A DNA stretch of 32,000 bases from Candidatus Saccharimonadota bacterium (GTDB lineage Bacteria > Patescibacteriota > Microgenomatia > UBA1406 > GWC2-37-13). The notes beneath the pieces are model-generated. The model worked only from the letters and a program-made list of their open reading frames with translations. It made no database searches and was not told the origin of the DNA. Where the stretch lies: the NCBI GenBank assembly GCA_001790095.1, contig MGBH01000001.1, forward strand, positions 780,001 to 812,000, written 5' to 3'. A program made the position numbers and the translations under genes. Positions 30,238 to 32,000 of this stretch are shown here, one piece after another; position 1 is the first letter of the stretch; every line of letters starts with the position of its first letter.

Positions 30238-31344
30238 ATGAGCCATTCTATTTACCAGCACATTCATACGCTCGTAAAAAACAAAATGGCGTTTGTTGAT
30301 GTTGACGAGACTCTAACTGCATATCCCTGGGAAACAACAGAAAAAGATCTTCTTAGTGCAAATCTAACAAACAATGCAGTTAAGACGCTACAGAATAATG
30401 GATATATGTGCACACTAATCACATCCCGCACTGCTGAAATGTGCATGAGCAATAAACAATATATATTGTCACAAAAGAATTACGGATTTATCCGACCACA
30501 ACCACACGTGGGGATTAATACTCAAAATAAACACTTCTACATAAAACCCGAAGAATATTTCCCCTCAAGAATTCTTGATCTTCCTATTATTATATCTTCT
30601 TCAGGAGCGCAAATTTCTGTTTTACAAAAAGATGGAGGATATGCAATAGATCATGATTTTTATCCGCCGGACTACCCCAATGCATCTACATGGAGAAAAG
30701 AAACTATGCAATATTTATCAAGTCTGCATGTTCCCTTTACATATGCACGAATTGATTCGGAAGATGCATACAACAAGCATGAAACAGATATATTTCCTGC
30801 AGATTACCGAATCCAGTTGTTATTCAAATCGAAAGAGGACATGATGTTGTTACAACATATTAAAAAAAGAGCAGACTTATTTATTATAAACGACAGCAAT
30901 CCAGACAAAAAAATCTATACGACTTATTTGGCGCCGAAAAAAGGGAAAACTGAGGCTATAAATCATGTGTTAAATCATCTTCGAACCCTTACTAAAATCC
31001 TTGTTATTGGAGATAGCCTGCCTGATTTTGAAGCTGGAATACAAATATATCCGATATCAGACGTAAGCATTACTCTTCTATTGGTAGGAGGTTCGAGGCT
31101 AACTACGTTTTTGCTGGAGAAAGAAAAGAATGACTTTGCGGGTACAGACTTAACTAATTTCAAAAAAAATATGACATCCTTGAAGAGAGCTGGATACTAC
31201 CTATATACTGATCATAAAACAACCAACAAACGTCTGATTATCATTGGAGATGTGGCTTCACCTCAATCTATAGGACCAAAATGTATAGTTGAAATTCTTC
31301 AGGATAAAAGATATCATGTAAGTAGTACAACATTAACTTATTGA
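30238..31344 (+). CDS. HAD-IIB family phosphatase, candidate trehalose-6-phosphate phosphatase
   Basis: HAD motif I FVDVDETLT and motif IV VIGDSLPDFEAG. It lies directly upstream of otsA. Confidence 0.55.
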   Translation: MSHSIYQHIHTLVKNKMAFVDVDETLTAYPWETTEKDLLSANLTNNAVKTLQNNGYMCTLITSRTAEMCMSNKQYILSQKNYGFIRPQPHVGINTQNKHFYIKPEEYFPSRILDLPIIISSSGAQISVLQKDGGYAIDHDFYPPDYPNASTWRKETMQYLSSLHVPFTYARIDSEDAYNKHETDIFPADYRIQLLFKSKEDMMLLQHIKKRADLFIINDSNPDKKIYTTYLAPKKGKTEAINHVLNHLRTLTKILVIGDSLPDFEAGIQIYPISDVSITLLLVGGSRLTTFLLEKEKNDFAGTDLTNFKKNMTSLKRAGYYLYTDHKTTNKRLIIIGDVASPQSIGPKCIVEILQDKRYHVSSTTLTY

Positions 31345-31353
31345 GTTAAGTAT

Positions 31354-32000
31354 ATGATAAGTAAAGAAAATTTTGAAAAATTCATAAAAAAAACGCTTAA
31401 AGATAGAAAATTTTTTATCGTTACTAATCGAGCTCCCTATATTCATACAAAAACCCAAGAGGGAATAAAAGTTACAACAAATGCCGGTGGCGTACACACC
31501 CTTCTTGATCTTGTAGCTCAAGCCTCAAATGCCATCTATGTTGCATACGGCTCAGGAAACGCTGACAAAACCGTTGTAGATAGTCACAACATGATACCCG
31601 TGCCTCCGAAAATCAAATCATATATATTGAAGCGGGTGTTTCTTTCGAAAAAAGAACTAGAAAATTATTATTATGGATTTTCAAACCAAACTCTTTGGCC
31701 TCTCTCACATGCAGTATTTGTAAAACCTGAGTTTCATACATCTTGGTGGGAATCATACCAGGAAGTGAATAGAAAATTTGCTGACTCAATTTTGGAAGAA
31801 ATTGGCAATAAAAAAGCTTTCGTCTGGGTGAATGATTATCACATGGCGCTTGTCCCAAAAATGTTAAAAGATTCGGGTAAAGATATTCGGGTAGGAATGT
31901 TTTGGCATATTCCCTGGGCAACATATGAAATCTTCCGCGTAAATCCTTGGGGGAAGGAAATCCTCATCGGCATGTTGGGATCAGATTTTATCGGTTTTCA
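31354..32000 (+). CDS. otsA: Trehalose-6-phosphate synthase (GT20), 3' partial
   Basis: My translation from the ATG at 31354 gives FIVTNRAPY...NAGGV...YYYGFSNQTLWPLSH...YQEVNRKFA...VWVNDYHMALVPKML...VGMFWHIPW...GMLGSDFIGF. The frame is open to the window end. This ORF is absent from the track because it has no stop. Confidence 0.85.
   Translation, partial: MISKENFEKFIKKTLKDRKFFIVTNRAPYIHTKTQEGIKVTTNAGGVHTLLDLVAQASNAIYVAYGSGNADKTVVDSHNMIPVPPKIKSYILKRVFLSKKELENYYYGFSNQTLWPLSHAVFVKPEFHTSWWESYQEVNRKFADSILEEIGNKKAFVWVNDYHMALVPKMLKDSGKDIRVGMFWHIPWATYEIFRVNPWGKEILIGMLGSDFIGF

Noticed and set aside
31333-31924. Minus-strand ORFs 31333-31521 and 31613-31924
   Set aside because: They are antisense to the clearly recognisable otsA reading frame, which the track omitted because it lacks a stop.
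1-32000. Alternative genetic code (UGA recoding, as in some CPR lineages)
   Set aside because: Long motif-bearing ORFs are intact under the standard code. TGA terminates genes at sensible positions, such as 6575, 3509 and 23543.
1-32000. tRNA, rRNA or other structured RNA genes
   Set aside because: Intergenic regions are short, mostly under 110 nt with the largest about 300 nt. They are AT-rich word arrays with no cloverleaf-like or conserved RNA motifs that I could recognise by eye.

Overview
Low-GC bacterial window with very short intergenic spacers. Gene content suggests a CPR/Patescibacteria-like organism; this is inference, not a search result. No rRNA, tRNA or CRISPR array was seen, and the standard genetic code fits, with TGA used as a stop. 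Layout, left to right: (1) a 5'-partial TraD/VirD4-like P-loop ATPase. (2) A long minus-strand surface-protein operon (2703-14178). It holds cohesin-like modules, two dockerin-tailed proteins, FN3 and CARDB domains, Thr/Pro linkers, Cys-rich modules and an embedded PMT-family (GT39) O-mannosyltransferase. (3) The most unusual part, 14524-22413 on the minus strand. It carries three tandem, diverged copies of a two-gene cassette, followed by a short acidic gene and facing a divergent 75-aa Gly/Ala-rich membrane peptide. Each cassette is a ~100-aa helical protein translationally coupled to a ~710-730-aa charged, helical protein with a C-terminal Gly-rich anchor. I cannot assign either partner to a known family. 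(4) Housekeeping and sugar genes: galT, pth, hexokinase, GH37 trehalase, a HAD phosphatase and partial otsA. (5) An IS200/RAYT-like Y1 transposase flanked by hairpin repeats. Two window-wide sequence patterns stand out. A recurrent -35/N17/-10/N6-10/ATG geometry implies near-leaderless mRNAs. Several intergenic regions are built from degenerate 7-nt words, some with dyad symmetry.
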